Assembly (NCBI GenBank): GCA_965246885.1
Contig: OZ251992.1
Location: forward strand, 1,824,001 to 1,888,000
DNA: 64,000 nt
Reading direction: 5' to 3'
Source: Abditibacterium sp.
GTDB taxonomy: Bacteria; Armatimonadota; Abditibacteriia; Abditibacteriales; Abditibacteriaceae
Under the pieces are notes generated by a model. The model was not told the DNA's origin. It did no database searches and was given only the letters and a program-made list of their open reading frames with translations. Below are positions 28,465 through 38,644 of the stretch, in pieces. The position numbers were made by a program, and so were the translations under genes. The first letter of the stretch is position 1; every line of letters begins with the position of its first letter.

Positions 28465-31164
28465 GTGGATAAAGTCCGAATTTACGATTTAGCAAAAGAG
28501 TTGAGCGTTTCCCCGAAAGAGATATTGGATATGCTGGGTTCCATCGGCGTGACCAACCGCGTCGCGTCGAGCGCCATCCCCGTCACCGCCGCCAACAGCG
28601 TGCGGCAGATCATCGCCAACAAGCGCAACCCCGGCAGCGCCCCAACCGCAGCCAGCGAAGCGGCAACCGCCGTCGCCACCGCAACCATCGCGCCGCCCGC
28701 CCCGCCAACAACCGCGCCCGCCGCCAATGGCAACGGAGCTACCGCGCGACCCGCCGCTCCCAATGGCAACGGCGCGCCCAGTGGCCCGCGCACCGATTAC
28801 CGCAGTGGCGGCGACTCTCGCCCACCTGCGCCAAGCGGCGCTTATGCCAACCGCCAACCCAATGGCGGGGACAATCGCGGCAACGACAACCGCCCGCCCG
28901 CGCAAGACGGTTACGGCAGTCGCAGCAACGTGGACAACCGCCCTTCCGCTCAAGGAACCGGCGCCCCGCAAAACTCGGCGCCGTCCTCCGCGCCCACGCA
29001 AGGTCAGGGACAAACTGGCGGTTATCAAGGCAACCGTCCACCCGGTCAGGGGCAAAGTGGCGGCTACCAAGGGAATCGCCCGCAAGGGCAGGGCAATGGG
29101 TATCAAGGCAACCGTCCGCAAGGGCAGGGCGGCGGTAACTTTGGCCCCCGTCCCGGTGGTGGCGGTGGCCCACGTCCGGGTGGCCCCGCGCGTGGCCCAC
29201 GTCCTGCTGCTCCGGCTGCCGGAACTCCCGGCGCGCCCAAGCCGCAAGACCCGAACGCTTCGCAGTTCGCAATGGGCGGGCGCGACAAGCGCAACGCGCG
29301 GCGCGGCAAGTATCAGGGCAACAACCGCAGTGGGCGCGGCCTCTTCGACCGCGCGCCCGAAACGCGCGAGGAAGCGCCGCTCACCGACGCCGATATGACC
29401 ATCACCGTCGCGGGCGAAGGCGGCATCACCGTTTCCGACCTCGCGGCCAAAATGCGCAAACCCGCTTCGCAACTCATCAAAGACTTGCTCGGCATGGGCC
29501 TGATGCGCGCCGCCAACACGCCCCTCGAAATGGATACGGCCTCGCAATTGGCGGGCAAATACGGCTTTGCCGTCGAGCGCGAAGCGACCCGCGCCGAAGT
29601 CAACGTCTTGGAAGAAGAGAACCCCGACGAGCTTATCCCCGTGCCGCCGGTCGTCGTCGTCATGGGACACGTAGATCACGGCAAGACCTCTTTGCTCGAC
29701 CGCATCCGCAAGGCCAACGTGCAATCGGGCGAAGCGGGCGGCATCACCCAGCGCATCGGCGCCTACGAAGCGTTCCACAACGGGCACCGCATGGTGTTCC
29801 TCGATACGCCCGGTCACGAGGCGTTCACCCGCATGCGGGCGCGCGGCGCGCACGTCACGGACATCGCCATCCTCGTGGTGGCGGCGGACGATGGCATCAT
29901 GCCGCAAACCCGCGAAGCCATAGATCACGCCCGCGCCGCCAAAGTGCCCGTTATCGTCGCGCTCAATAAGATAGACAAAGAGGGCGCCAACATTGACCGC
30001 ATCAACTCGCAACTCGCCGAAGCGGGCCTCGTGCCCGTCTCGTATGGCGGCGATGTCGAAGTCATTCCCGTCTCGGCCAAAACCGGCCAAGGCGTCGAGG
30101 ACTTGCTGGATACAGTTCTCATCCAAGCCGAACTGCTCGAACTCAAAGCGAATCCGGGCGGCCTCTCGATGGGCACGGTCATCGAAGCGCGCCAAGACCC
30201 CAATCGTGGGCCGGTTGCCACCGTCTTGCTGCATCGCGGCACTCTCGAAGTCGGCGATTCGGTCGCCATCGGCGATGTGTATGGCCGCGTGCGGCAGATG
30301 CTCGATTACAACGGCAAGCCCCTCAAAGTCGCTGGCCCGAAAACGCCCATCTATCTGACGGGTTTATCGGGCGTGCCGGACGCGAGCGATTCGATGCGCG
30401 AGTTCGAGGACTACGCCGAGGCCCGCGAGTATGCCGAGAGCTTCTCGGAAGATGCGCGGGAAGCGCGCGGCAACGCGACCATGCGCGGCCTCGAAGACTT
30501 ACAACGCCTCATCCAACAAGGCGACGTGAAAGACCTGAACCTCATCGTCAAAGCCGACGGGCAGGGCAGCGTCGAAGCGCTCGCCGCGAGTTTGGCGGGC
30601 CTCGCGCACACCGAAGTGCGCCCCGTCATCAAGCTGCGCGGCGCGGGCGTTGTGAGCGAATCGGACGTGGACTTGGCGTCCGCGACCGGCTCCATCATCA
30701 TCGCTTTCGCCGTCGGCGTGGACTCCAGCGCCCGCGCCTTGGCCGAGCGGGAAGGCGTCGAAATCCGCGAATACAGCGTCATTTACGGAGTTCTGGACGA
30801 CGTGAAAGCCGCCTTGGAAGGGATGCTCAAGCCGCTCTTCGAGGAGAAATACTCCGGCGAAGCCGAAGTGCGCGCCCTCTTCAAGTCCACCAAAGCTGGA
30901 ACGATTGCGGGCTGTCTCATCAAGGACGGCAAGTTCGTCAAGGGCGGCATCCTGCGCATCTTCCGCGCGAACAAGAAGATTTTCGAGGGCAAAGTGGACT
31001 CCCTGCGCCACTACAAAGACGAGGTCAAGGAGATGGGCATGGGCAGTGAGTGCGGCATCTCGGCCAACGGCTTCAACGACGTGCAAGAAGGCGACATCAT
31101 GCGCTGTTTCGTGATGGAGCAGATCGTCAGGACGCTCGACTCGCCGCCGGTGAAGGCGAAGTAA
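28465..31164 (+). CDS. infB: Translation initiation factor IF-2
   Basis: [43 protein letters not shown]. Confidence 0.98.
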   Translation: MDKVRIYDLAKELSVSPKEILDMLGSIGVTNRVASSAIPVTAANSVRQIIANKRNPGSAPTAASEAATAVATATIAPPAPPTTAPAANGNGATARPAAPNGNGAPSGPRTDYRSGGDSRPPAPSGAYANRQPNGGDNRGNDNRPPAQDGYGSRSNVDNRPSAQGTGAPQNSAPSSAPTQGQGQTGGYQGNRPPGQGQSGGYQGNRPQGQGNGYQGNRPQGQGGGNFGPRPGGGGGPRPGGPARGPRPAAPAAGTPGAPKPQDPNASQFAMGGRDKRNARRGKYQGNNRSGRGLFDRAPETREEAPLTDADMTITVAGEGGITVSDLAAKMRKPASQLIKDLLGMGLMRAANTPLEMDTASQLAGKYGFAVEREATRAEVNVLEEENPDELIPVPPVVVVMGHVDHGKTSLLDRIRKANVQSGEAGGITQRIGAYEAFHNGHRMVFLDTPGHEAFTRMRARGAHVTDIAILVVAADDGIMPQTREAIDHARAAKVPVIVALNKIDKEGANIDRINSQLAEAGLVPVSYGGDVEVIPVSAKTGQGVEDLLDTVLIQAELLELKANPGGLSMGTVIEARQDPNRGPVATVLLHRGTLEVGDSVAIGDVYGRVRQMLDYNGKPLKVAGPKTPIYLTGLSGVPDASDSMREFEDYAEAREYAESFSEDAREARGNATMRGLEDLQRLIQQGDVKDLNLIVKADGQGSVEALAASLAGLAHTEVRPVIKLRGAGVVSESDVDLASATGSIIIAFAVGVDSSARALAEREGVEIREYSVIYGVLDDVKAALEGMLKPLFEEKYSGEAEVRALFKSTKAGTIAGCLIKDGKFVKGGILRIFRANKKIFEGKVDSLRHYKDEVKEMGMGSECGISANGFNDVQEGDIMRCFVMEQIVRTLDSPPVKAK

Positions 31165-31169
31165 GCCGC

Positions 31170-31209
31170 AAGCCGCGCCCCGAAAGGGGCGCGGCTTTTT
31201 GTTTTCTTT
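31170..31209 (+). terminator. Rho-independent terminator after infB
   Basis: AAGCCGCGCCCC-GAAA-GGGGCGCGGCTT followed by TTTGTTTT. Confidence 0.9.
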
Positions 31210-31230
31210 GCCTCCGAAAAACCCGCACTT

Positions 31231-31332
31231 CGTAGGGGCGCTACTTGCCGCGTCCAACGCGAGGATGTAGTAGTTGGGGACTTGGACGAACTGCCTGTTT
31301 GTCGCGCGGACGCGGCAAGCAGCGTCCCTATG
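31231..31332. repeat. GTAG-type REP doublet (inverted)
   Basis: CGTAGGGGCGCTACTTGCCGCGTCC ... GGACGCGGCAAGCAGCGTCCCTATG. Confidence 0.75.
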
Positions 31333-31383
31333 AAATGCGGCTGGGTAGGGCACCGCGCGTGCCATGTCCTCAAACTCCCCTCC

Positions 31384-31812
31384 ATGTTCCCCATCCTCCT
31401 CGCGCTCCTCATCGGCGCGCTGCTGTCCGTTCAAGTGGGCGTCAACAACGTCCTGCGCGCCGCGTGGGATGCGCCGATTTGGGCGGCGTTCACCTCGTTT
31501 TTCGTGGGCGCGTTGGGGCTTTTGCTCGCGGGAATGGCGACGCGGGCGCCGCTTCCGACGCGCTTCGATGTTCCGGTTTGGGCGTGGACGGGCGGACTAT
31601 TGGGCGCGGTGTATGTCGCCCTCTCGGTGGTGCTGGTGGATAAAATCGGCGTCGGGACGTTGACGGCGTGCGTCGTCGCGGGCCAAATCGCGGCGTCGCT
31701 CCTCATTGACCATTTCGGCTGGTTGCGCGTGCCACATCATGCCCTGTCGCCGGGGCGCGTCGCGGGCGTGGTGCTACTGGGCGTCGGGGTGTGGCTGGTG
31801 AAGCGGTTCTAA
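31384..31812 (+). CDS. DMT family transporter (YdcZ/DUF606)
   Basis: Q.GVN..L, SFFVG, WAWTGGLLGA, GQIAASLLIDHFGWL. Confidence 0.9.
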   Translation: MFPILLALLIGALLSVQVGVNNVLRAAWDAPIWAAFTSFFVGALGLLLAGMATRAPLPTRFDVPVWAWTGGLLGAVYVALSVVLVDKIGVGTLTACVVAGQIAASLLIDHFGWLRVPHHALSPGRVAGVVLLGVGVWLVKRF

Positions 31813-31868
31813 AGAATGTTCCCGCCAAAGCGCCCAACTTCGGCCCCGTTTGCGCCTCTAATGGTTCC

Positions 31869-34049
31869 ATGCTTCGCCGCACGCTTCCTCTTCTCCTCGT
31901 TCTCGTTCCCCTCGCCGCCCGCGCGCAAGGGCCGACCACCATCCAGTCGGGCCAGACCATCCAAATTCCCGTCCCCTCCAACGCCGACAAACCCCGTTTG
32001 CAACTGCTGCCCGCCGGAACCAACCTTGTGTTGGACGACGAGCGCGCCCGTGTGGATGGGAGTGTCGCCGACGCCCGATTGGAGGCCGACCCCGGCACCT
32101 ACGACATCCGCGTCGTGGCCAACGACCGCGCCCGCACCCCGCTCGGCCCCGTCGCCCGCTTCCAAATCCCCGGCTTCAAACGCGAAGCGGGACGTTGGCT
32201 GTTCAACGGCTCTCCCGTTGTTTATGAAGGCGCGAACCCGGCGACGACGACTTCGTTCGTGCCTAATCTGCGCCGCGACAAGCAGGTGAAGTTGCCGCTT
32301 TCAGTGGCGACGGGTGCAGTTTTGAAGTGGGACACGCTGGACGTGGGCGCTACGCTGGATGAAATGAGCCGAACAGGTTTTGATGTTGCTGCATTCACGG
32401 CGAACTTGCGCGCGCGGATGGCTCAGAAGCCACAAATATACCTCGGATTCTCTGTTGCGGCGGGAACGTCTGCACCTTTGAACAGCATTTTGCCCTTTCG
32501 CTCTGACGCCGACAGGTATAAGTTGGTGTGGCCGCAATTGCGTGCTGCTTTGAACGCTTTGGCTCCAGATGCTGCTTTGGTTTTTCGCTCCTCCTATGAA
32601 GAGCAAGTGTTGGACGCGATAGCTCCCCTTGCCGATGCTATCGAAGTGGGGTCTTCTCTAAGACAAGGTGATTCGGATGCTCGCGCCTTGGAGATGATAA
32701 AAATCGCCCGTCGCAATGTTGAGGAGTCCGCGAACTTCGATCTTCCGATATTTGCGAAATTCGGTGGCGGCTACCCTTCCGCAGATCCTGAGACGTATTT
32801 GAGAGCGTTCCAGTCTGGCGCTTCCAACATCATTATCTCTGACGGGACGACTCCACCGGCTGACTTCGCCGCAGTTCTCGCCCGCCAATCCGCGCGCTTT
32901 ACGGGCGCTGTGACGCTTGAAGATGTCGGGTTGCGCGCCAAGGATTTCGACCGCTTCGCGCCGATTTTGCGTCGCGCGGGGCGGGTGCCGCTTTTGGCGC
33001 GGCTCCCCGGCGAGGGCAACGGCGAAAAGAAGAGCGACGAGAAAAGCGCCGAGTCGCTGCTTGTCGCGTTCGACGCTACGACGGACGCGGCGACGCTGGA
33101 CAAGATAGAGCGCGCGGCCAAAGTCGGCGCCACCATCTACTGCGAAGGCGCGCTTCCGCCCGCGCTGCTGCCGCGTTGGAGCGAGATAACCAAGACCCAA
33201 ATCGCCGCGCTCCCGGCTCCCAAACGCGCAACTCTCACGCTCGCCGAGCCTTGGTTTTGGGGCACCATCAACGACCAGAATTTCGACGTGTCGCAAAGCC
33301 TGAGCGTCTCCGTCAAGCCCTCGCTCGCCGCGCAAACCAAGGATGTCAAAGGCCAAGCCCGCGAAACCGTCGCCCGCCCCATCGCCCGCTTCAACGACGA
33401 CCCGAACGGCATCATGCTTTGTCCCATCGGCAAAGGCCGCGTCATTTGGGCACCGTTTGATGTAACGGGGATGCTTCCATTCACGAGGTTGGAGAATCGG
33501 GTTGCAGCCCCGCCGAGAGTCACAACTGCTCCCCGTCTTACTGGGCGCGGTCTCAGGACATATATAGCTGACAAGCCTTTCAATACGCTGGACATTCCGA
33601 AAAGACCGCTCCCGGTTCAGACCCTTACATCGGACACTTCGGCACAAGCATCCTCGGCTCAGATTACGAATTACTACGCCGCCGTCGCGGGCGCGATGCA
33701 ACCGGCGCTCGTGGATTATGCGGCGACCAAGGGCGACGCTTCGGGCGTGACGGTTGCGCTGCGCGCGTTGCCCGCTGACCCGACCAACCCCAAAACCAGC
33801 GCCGTCACGCTCGCCGCGTTCTTCAATTCGTCCGCCGCACCCGTTGATTTGGACGCGAACGTGCGCGGCGACGCGGCTTACGCGCTCGACCTGATGACCG
33901 ACCAACCCGTGCCCGTCAAAGTCCGCGACTTCGGCTCGCGCCTGTCGCTGTCGGTTCCCGCCAACGGCTTTCGCTGGATCGCCCTCGCCAAAGACGCGGC
34001 GGCGTGGAACGACGCCGGAAAGGGCAAAGTCCACGCGCGGTTGCGGTAG
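31869..34049 (+). CDS. Exported hypothetical protein (possibly glycoside-hydrolase-like fold)
   Basis: Signal peptide MLRRTLPLLLVLVPLAARA, long ORF; function not recognisable. Confidence 0.7.
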   Translation: MLRRTLPLLLVLVPLAARAQGPTTIQSGQTIQIPVPSNADKPRLQLLPAGTNLVLDDERARVDGSVADARLEADPGTYDIRVVANDRARTPLGPVARFQIPGFKREAGRWLFNGSPVVYEGANPATTTSFVPNLRRDKQVKLPLSVATGAVLKWDTLDVGATLDEMSRTGFDVAAFTANLRARMAQKPQIYLGFSVAAGTSAPLNSILPFRSDADRYKLVWPQLRAALNALAPDAALVFRSSYEEQVLDAIAPLADAIEVGSSLRQGDSDARALEMIKIARRNVEESANFDLPIFAKFGGGYPSADPETYLRAFQSGASNIIISDGTTPPADFAAVLARQSARFTGAVTLEDVGLRAKDFDRFAPILRRAGRVPLLARLPGEGNGEKKSDEKSAESLLVAFDATTDAATLDKIERAAKVGATIYCEGALPPALLPRWSEITKTQIAALPAPKRATLTLAEPWFWGTINDQNFDVSQSLSVSVKPSLAAQTKDVKGQARETVARPIARFNDDPNGIMLCPIGKGRVIWAPFDVTGMLPFTRLENRVAAPPRVTTAPRLTGRGLRTYIADKPFNTLDIPKRPLPVQTLTSDTSAQASSAQITNYYAAVAGAMQPALVDYAATKGDASGVTVALRALPADPTNPKTSAVTLAAFFNSSAAPVDLDANVRGDAAYALDLMTDQPVPVKVRDFGSRLSLSVPANGFRWIALAKDAAAWNDAGKGKVHARLR

Positions 34050-34103
34050 GAATTGCCCGCATTTTCAAGCGGCTTATCCCCTTGTCGTTCGTCCCTTCAA
34101 GCG

Positions 34104-34919
34104 ATGAAAATTCTGGCCTTGGACACGGGCGGATTGGTTTCGCCCGACGCGGCGACGGTCGTGGCGATGCAGTGGAGCGAGGGCGACGATGTTTCGATTC
34201 TGGCGCTCGAATCGCTCGTCAACCCGCGCGAATTGGGAGCGCGCTTGGCGCAAACTCTGGAGGGCGCGGTCGCAACGGCGGGGTGGACGTGGCCCGAAGT
34301 GAACGGCTTGGTCGTCGGGACGGGGCCGGGGAGTTGGACGAGCTTGCGCGTGGGCGTGGCAACGATGAAGACGCTCGCGCAAACGCTCGACATCCCGCTC
34401 GCGGGCGTGCCCTCGTTCGATGCCCTCGCCGCCGCCGCGCACCGTGCTTTGACGGAACACGAACTGACCGCGCCTAAACCCAAAGGTCGCCGCAAGCGGC
34501 AGGCGGAAACGGATGGCCCGCAAGTATTGCTGTGCTTGGCGCCGTGTCGCCCCGGCGAACTGTATGGCAAAATCTTCCTGCGAACAGCGCACTACGTCGC
34601 CGGAGCGCAACGCGAGTGGATCGCGTCCGCCAAAACCCATACGGACGCCGCGTTTTCGCAAGCCTTGGCCGATGACATAGACGCGCCGCTCATTCTGTGC
34701 GGCGGCGCGACCGACGAAGCCGCGACCTACCTCGCCGCGCGCAACGAAGCGCACGTTGTCGTCGAAGTCGAGGCCCCGCAAGTCGCCATCGAACTGGCGA
34801 TTGCGGGCGCCTTCCAACTGGCTTCGGGCGAAGTGTTGCCGCTCGAAGAAATCGCCCCGCTTTATCTGGCGCCTTCGAGCGCCGAACGCGTGCGCGAGGA
34901 GTTGTTGGCGGCGCGCTGA
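34104..34919 (+). CDS. tsaB: tRNA threonylcarbamoyladenosine biosynthesis protein TsaB
   Basis: MKILALDT, GTGPGSWTSLRVG, PLYL; adjacent to rimI. Confidence 0.9.
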   Translation: MKILALDTGGLVSPDAATVVAMQWSEGDDVSILALESLVNPRELGARLAQTLEGAVATAGWTWPEVNGLVVGTGPGSWTSLRVGVATMKTLAQTLDIPLAGVPSFDALAAAAHRALTEHELTAPKPKGRRKRQAETDGPQVLLCLAPCRPGELYGKIFLRTAHYVAGAQREWIASAKTHTDAAFSQALADDIDAPLILCGGATDEAATYLAARNEAHVVVEVEAPQVAIELAIAGAFQLASGEVLPLEEIAPLYLAPSSAERVREELLAAR

Positions 34920-34922
34920 CCG

Positions 34923-35345
34923 ATGATCCGCCCCGCCACGCCCGCCGATTTGGAGTTGCTCGACGCTTTGGAGCGCGCCTCTTTTCCCGATCCTTGGACG
35001 CGCGACTCGCTTGCCACCGCCCTGCGCGAAGCGGGGTATCTCGTGCTATTGTGCGACGAAGTCGGCTTTCTGCTCGGCTGGAATACCGGTGAGGAAGCCG
35101 AAATCGCGCGCTTAGGCGTCGTGGAAGCGGCGCGCGGGCAGGGCATCGGCGCGGCGCTCGTCGAGCGCGCACTGTCCGACTTCAAAGCGCGCGGCGTGAC
35201 GGCGGTCTTCCTCGAAGTGCGCGAGGTCAATGGCGCGGCGCGGCGTTTGTACGAGAGGCAGGGCTTCGCCGAAATCGCGCGCCGCGCGGGATATTACACC
35301 GACGGCGTGGATGCCGTCGTGATGCGGCGCGACTTAGCAGCCTAA
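34923..35345 (+). CDS. rimI: Ribosomal protein S18 alanine N-acetyltransferase (GNAT)
   Basis: [33 protein letters not shown]. Confidence 0.88.
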   Translation: MIRPATPADLELLDALERASFPDPWTRDSLATALREAGYLVLLCDEVGFLLGWNTGEEAEIARLGVVEAARGQGIGAALVERALSDFKARGVTAVFLEVREVNGAARRLYERQGFAEIARRAGYYTDGVDAVVMRRDLAA

Positions 35346-36055
35346 ATCGCGCACACCATTGTGCCGACGTCTTCGCCCATTGCGGCGCGTAAGACATTCC
35401 CCGGCACTTCCATGTTGAACACGATGATGGGGAGTTTGTTGTCCATCGAAAGCGTGATGGCGGTCGAGTCCAGCACTTTGAGGCCCCTGTCTAATACGTC
35501 CAAGTAGCTGAGGCGGTCGAAGCGCACGGCGTCGGCGAACTTTTGCGGGTCGCGGTCATACACGCCGTCCACGTCGGTCGCTTTGAAAATCGCTTGCGCG
35601 CCGATTTGGGTTGCCCGCAGCACCGCCGCCGTGTCGGTTGTGAAGAACGGGTTGCCCGTGCCCGCCGCGAAGATGACGATGCGACCCTTTTCCAAATGCC
35701 GTAAGGCGCGGCGCGGAATGAACGGCTCGGCAATCTCCTTCATTTCGATGGCCGACAGGACGCGCGTCGAAACCCCGGCGCGCTCGAAGTAATCTTGCAA
35801 GGCGATGGAGTTCTGCACGGTCGCCAGCATGCCCATATAATCGGCCATCGAGCGATCCATGCCTTGGTCAACGGCTGCCTTCATGCCGCGAAAAAAGTTG
35901 CCGCCGCCCACGACGACGCCCAATTCGATGCCCGCCTCGTGGACGGTCTTGATTTCCTGCGCGATGCGCTGCAAAACCTCGCCGTCCAGTCCAAAACCCT
36001 TGGGGCCAGCCAGCGCCTCGCCCGAAAACTTAATCAATATCCGCTTGTATTTCAT
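35342..36055 (-). CDS. pyrH: Uridylate kinase
   Basis: [39 protein letters not shown]. Confidence 0.97.
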   Translation of the reverse strand: MKYKRILIKFSGEALAGPKGFGLDGEVLQRIAQEIKTVHEAGIELGVVVGGGNFFRGMKAAVDQGMDRSMADYMGMLATVQNSIALQDYFERAGVSTRVLSAIEMKEIAEPFIPRRALRHLEKGRIVIFAAGTGNPFFTTDTAAVLRATQIGAQAIFKATDVDGVYDRDPQKFADAVRFDRLSYLDVLDRGLKVLDSTAITLSMDNKLPIIVFNMEVPGNVLRAAMGEDVGTMVCAI

Positions 36056-36118
36056 TCGGGGCGCCAGTGTAGCCCGACTTTTCCCCGGTCTCGCGCGATT
36101 CTTGCTCTTTGGGCGGCC

Positions 36119-36583
36119 ATGAAAAGATTGCCGCGCTGGATAATTCCCCTCGTTTTGCTGCTGCTTGCCGTCTTTTTCTGGCGCCTGACGCACCCGAAAC
36201 TCACCGACGAGCAGCAAATCCGCGTCGCGCTCGACGACATCGGCGCGCAGGCGGGCCACAAAAGCGCGGGCGGCGTCACTTACTATCTCTCCAAAGACTT
36301 CCGCGTCCAAGGGCTTGGCCCCAACGGTTTGCGCAAGCAACTCGCGGGCGGGTTTCTCGAATACGCCGCCGTGCGCCTCCAAACATCGGGCGTGCAAATC
36401 AAAGTGACCGGCGACACCGCGACGACGACGGGCCTTTACGACATCGGCCTCAAGCGCGAATTCAACTCGCCCGAAGAGAAGTTCTCCGACCTCTTCACGC
36501 TCAAGTGGAAGCGCGAGGACGGGGGGTGGAAAATCTCCGACGCCCCCGGCGTGACGGTGCCCAAGGGGTTGGACGGGGGTTAG
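36119..36583 (+). CDS. Membrane-anchored NTF2/SnoaL-like hypothetical protein
   Basis: N-terminal [24 protein letters not shown]. Confidence 0.7.
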   Translation: MKRLPRWIIPLVLLLLAVFFWRLTHPKLTDEQQIRVALDDIGAQAGHKSAGGVTYYLSKDFRVQGLGPNGLRKQLAGGFLEYAAVRLQTSGVQIKVTGDTATTTGLYDIGLKREFNSPEEKFSDLFTLKWKREDGGWKISDAPGVTVPKGLDGG

Positions 36584-36603
36584 GTGGCTTGCTAAACCTT
36601 CGG

Positions 36604-36718
36604 AACGGGGATATAAAATCCCCGGCATCCGGCTTCGCCAAGCGTTCTCCGAACGCAGTGCAGCGTGTCCGGCAGGACACTTGGCGAAGCCGGATGCCGG
36701 GGATTTTATATCCCCGTT
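36604..36718. repeat. REPIN-like perfect 39-bp inverted repeat
   Basis: 36604-36642 and 36680-36718 are exact reverse complements; each has an internal CGGGGATATAAAATCCCCG palindrome. Confidence 0.9.
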
Positions 36719-36723
36719 GCCTT

Positions 36724-37602
36724 CTAAAAGTGCCCCCAGAAACTCGGTTTGTGCCACACCGCGAACCACCACAAACTCGCGCCCGCGAGCGCGTTGACGA
36801 CCGGAAATGCGCGGTAAATGCCCATCACGCCGCTTTGCGAGTTCGCGCGGAGCGATTGCAGCATCAAAACCGAGTAAACCGCCGCCAGAACCGCCGCCAA
36901 CCAGCCCAAAACTCCGGAAGATAGCGCCGCCGCGCCCAGATAGAACGCCCAACAGCCCAATAATGTCCCCCGCAGCCCCAGCCAAGTGGCGACGGTGGGC
37001 ACGCCCGCTTCCGTGTCGGCGTCTATGTCGGGCACGGCGGAGTAGGCGTGCATCGCCATCGCCCACAGCGTCGCGGCGAGGAACAGTTGGGGCGAGAAGT
37101 GGCGCCCGCCGCACACGAAATAGCCCAGCGCGCCGGGGAAAATGTAGAGGACGTTGAAGGCGGAATCGAGGAGCGGCCTCGCTTTGGCGCGGATGGGCGG
37201 CGCCGAGTAAAAGAGCGAGAAGAACAGAAACCCCGCCAAACACACCCAACTCGCGCGCGGCGAAAAGGGGAGCAACGCGGCGAACGGGAGGCACCACAGC
37301 GCGATGGATTTCCACAAGGCGGCGCGTTCGTCGGGCGGGACGAGAGTCTCGTAGCCGCGCTTTTTGGCGTTGAGAACGTCGGTATCGTAGTCGAAGATGT
37401 CGTTGGCGCCGTAGATGAGCAGGTTCGCCGGGAACAGAAAGAACAGCGCCCAGCCGAGCGCGAGCGGCGACAAATAAGCGCGCGGGTTCGGGCTGCCAAT
37501 CAGCGCGCCGACGATGAATGGCCCGAAAACATACATCCAAAAACGTGGGCGCGAAGCACGAAACAAGCGGCGAAAAGGCACGCGGGGAGTTTGGCGCCTC
37601 AT
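36724..37602 (-). CDS. UbiA-family prenyltransferase, lycopene elongase (CrtEb/LyeJ-like)
   Basis: [63 protein letters not shown]. Confidence 0.85.
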   Translation of the reverse strand: MRRQTPRVPFRRLFRASRPRFWMYVFGPFIVGALIGSPNPRAYLSPLALGWALFFLFPANLLIYGANDIFDYDTDVLNAKKRGYETLVPPDERAALWKSIALWCLPFAALLPFSPRASWVCLAGFLFFSLFYSAPPIRAKARPLLDSAFNVLYIFPGALGYFVCGGRHFSPQLFLAATLWAMAMHAYSAVPDIDADTEAGVPTVATWLGLRGTLLGCWAFYLGAAALSSGVLGWLAAVLAAVYSVLMLQSLRANSQSGVMGIYRAFPVVNALAGASLWWFAVWHKPSFWGHF

Positions 37603-37615
37603 CCCGTCAACTGGA

Positions 37616-37909
37616 GGCGTCGCGCGACTCTGGCGGGAAGCCGCGCCGGAGTTGATGGAAAGGAATCAAGAGCCGAGGGAGTTCGCGCGACTCTGGCGGG
37701 AAGTCGCGCAAGAGCCGAGGGAGTTCGCGCGACGACCGAAGGAGTTCGCGCGACGACCGAAGGAGTTCGCGCGACGACCGAGGGAGTTCCTTCGGGAGCC
37801 GAGGGAGTTCCTTCGGGAGCCGAGGGAGTTCGCGCGACGACCAAAGGAGTTCCTTCAAGAGCCAAAGGAAGCCGTTCGGGAGCCGAGGGAAGCCGTTCGG
37901 CACACTGGG
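37616..37909. repeat. 14 x 21-bp tandem array (GAGTTC family)
   Basis: Units such as GAGTTCGCGCGACGACCGAAG and GAGTTCCTTCGGGAGCCGAGG in exact 21-bp register. Confidence 0.95.
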
Positions 37910-37912
37910 GAC

Positions 37913-38644
37913 GTGCAATTTTCCCGTCGCGGCGCGCTGTGGCTGCTTTTCGGCGCGCTGTTTTTATTTTTGCAAGGGTTTTTCGTAGCCAAAGTCCCCG
38001 GCGCGACGCGGCCCGAACTGGCGAACGTATCGGCGGTGTTCGTTCTCGTTCTTTACGCGCCGTCCGCGTGGGCGCTGGGCAAGTGGCTCGGCGCGAAACG
38101 CGCCATAGGGGTGTTGACGGCGTTAGGCGCGTTCGCGTTGGTGTTGGAAACTTTCGCCGTCAAGACCGGGGTTCCGTATGGGCGCTTCGTGTATGGGCCG
38201 AAAATAGGCGCGCTGTTGTTTGGAGCGGTGCCTTGGACGGTGCCATTTTCGTGGCCGCCGCTCGTGTTGGGTGCCCTCGCGCTGGCGCGCGGGAAGAGTG
38301 CCCCCACCCTCGTCGCGCAGGCGACGCTGTGGCTGCTCGCGTTCGATTTGCTGCTCGATCCGGGCGCCGTTTCGCAGCGTTTTTGGACTTATCAAGCGGG
38401 CGGCTTCTTTTACGGCGTGCCGCTCACGAACTTTCTCGGTTGGCTCCTAAGTGGGGCGGCGGGAAGCTGGCTGCTGTGGCGCTTGAGCGGCGAGCGGTTC
38501 GATTTTCCGCCGCCACTAATTTCCAGTGTCGTGCTGGTGCTGTCGTTTTGGACGGGTGTGTGCGCCTTTTCGGGCATTATCGTCCCGGCGCTGGTGGGGT
38601 TTGGGTTGCTCGGAGTGTGCGGGTGGCGAGTTTGGAAGGGGTGA
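37913..38644 (+). CDS. cruF: CruF-family carotenoid 1,2-hydratase (DUF422)
   Basis: E..AVKTGVPYG.F.YG..IG, VPW.VP..W, DLLLDPGAV...FW, YGVPLTNFLGW; GTG start at 37913 chosen. Confidence 0.85.
   Translation: MQFSRRGALWLLFGALFLFLQGFFVAKVPGATRPELANVSAVFVLVLYAPSAWALGKWLGAKRAIGVLTALGAFALVLETFAVKTGVPYGRFVYGPKIGALLFGAVPWTVPFSWPPLVLGALALARGKSAPTLVAQATLWLLAFDLLLDPGAVSQRFWTYQAGGFFYGVPLTNFLGWLLSGAAGSWLLWRLSGERFDFPPPLISSVVLVLSFWTGVCAFSGIIVPALVGFGLLGVCGWRVWKG

Noticed and set aside
28990..29200. [12 protein letters not shown] repeats in infB
   Set aside because: Low-complexity repeats in the IF-2 N-terminal linker are common.
35342..37540. 732-aa ORF as an extended PyrH fusion
   Set aside because: Only 35342-36055 is PyrH. 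The upstream part is an off-frame read-through across other genes and a REP element.
37616..37909. CRISPR array
   Set aside because: The units are contiguous 21-mers with no unique spacers, and no cas genes are in the window.
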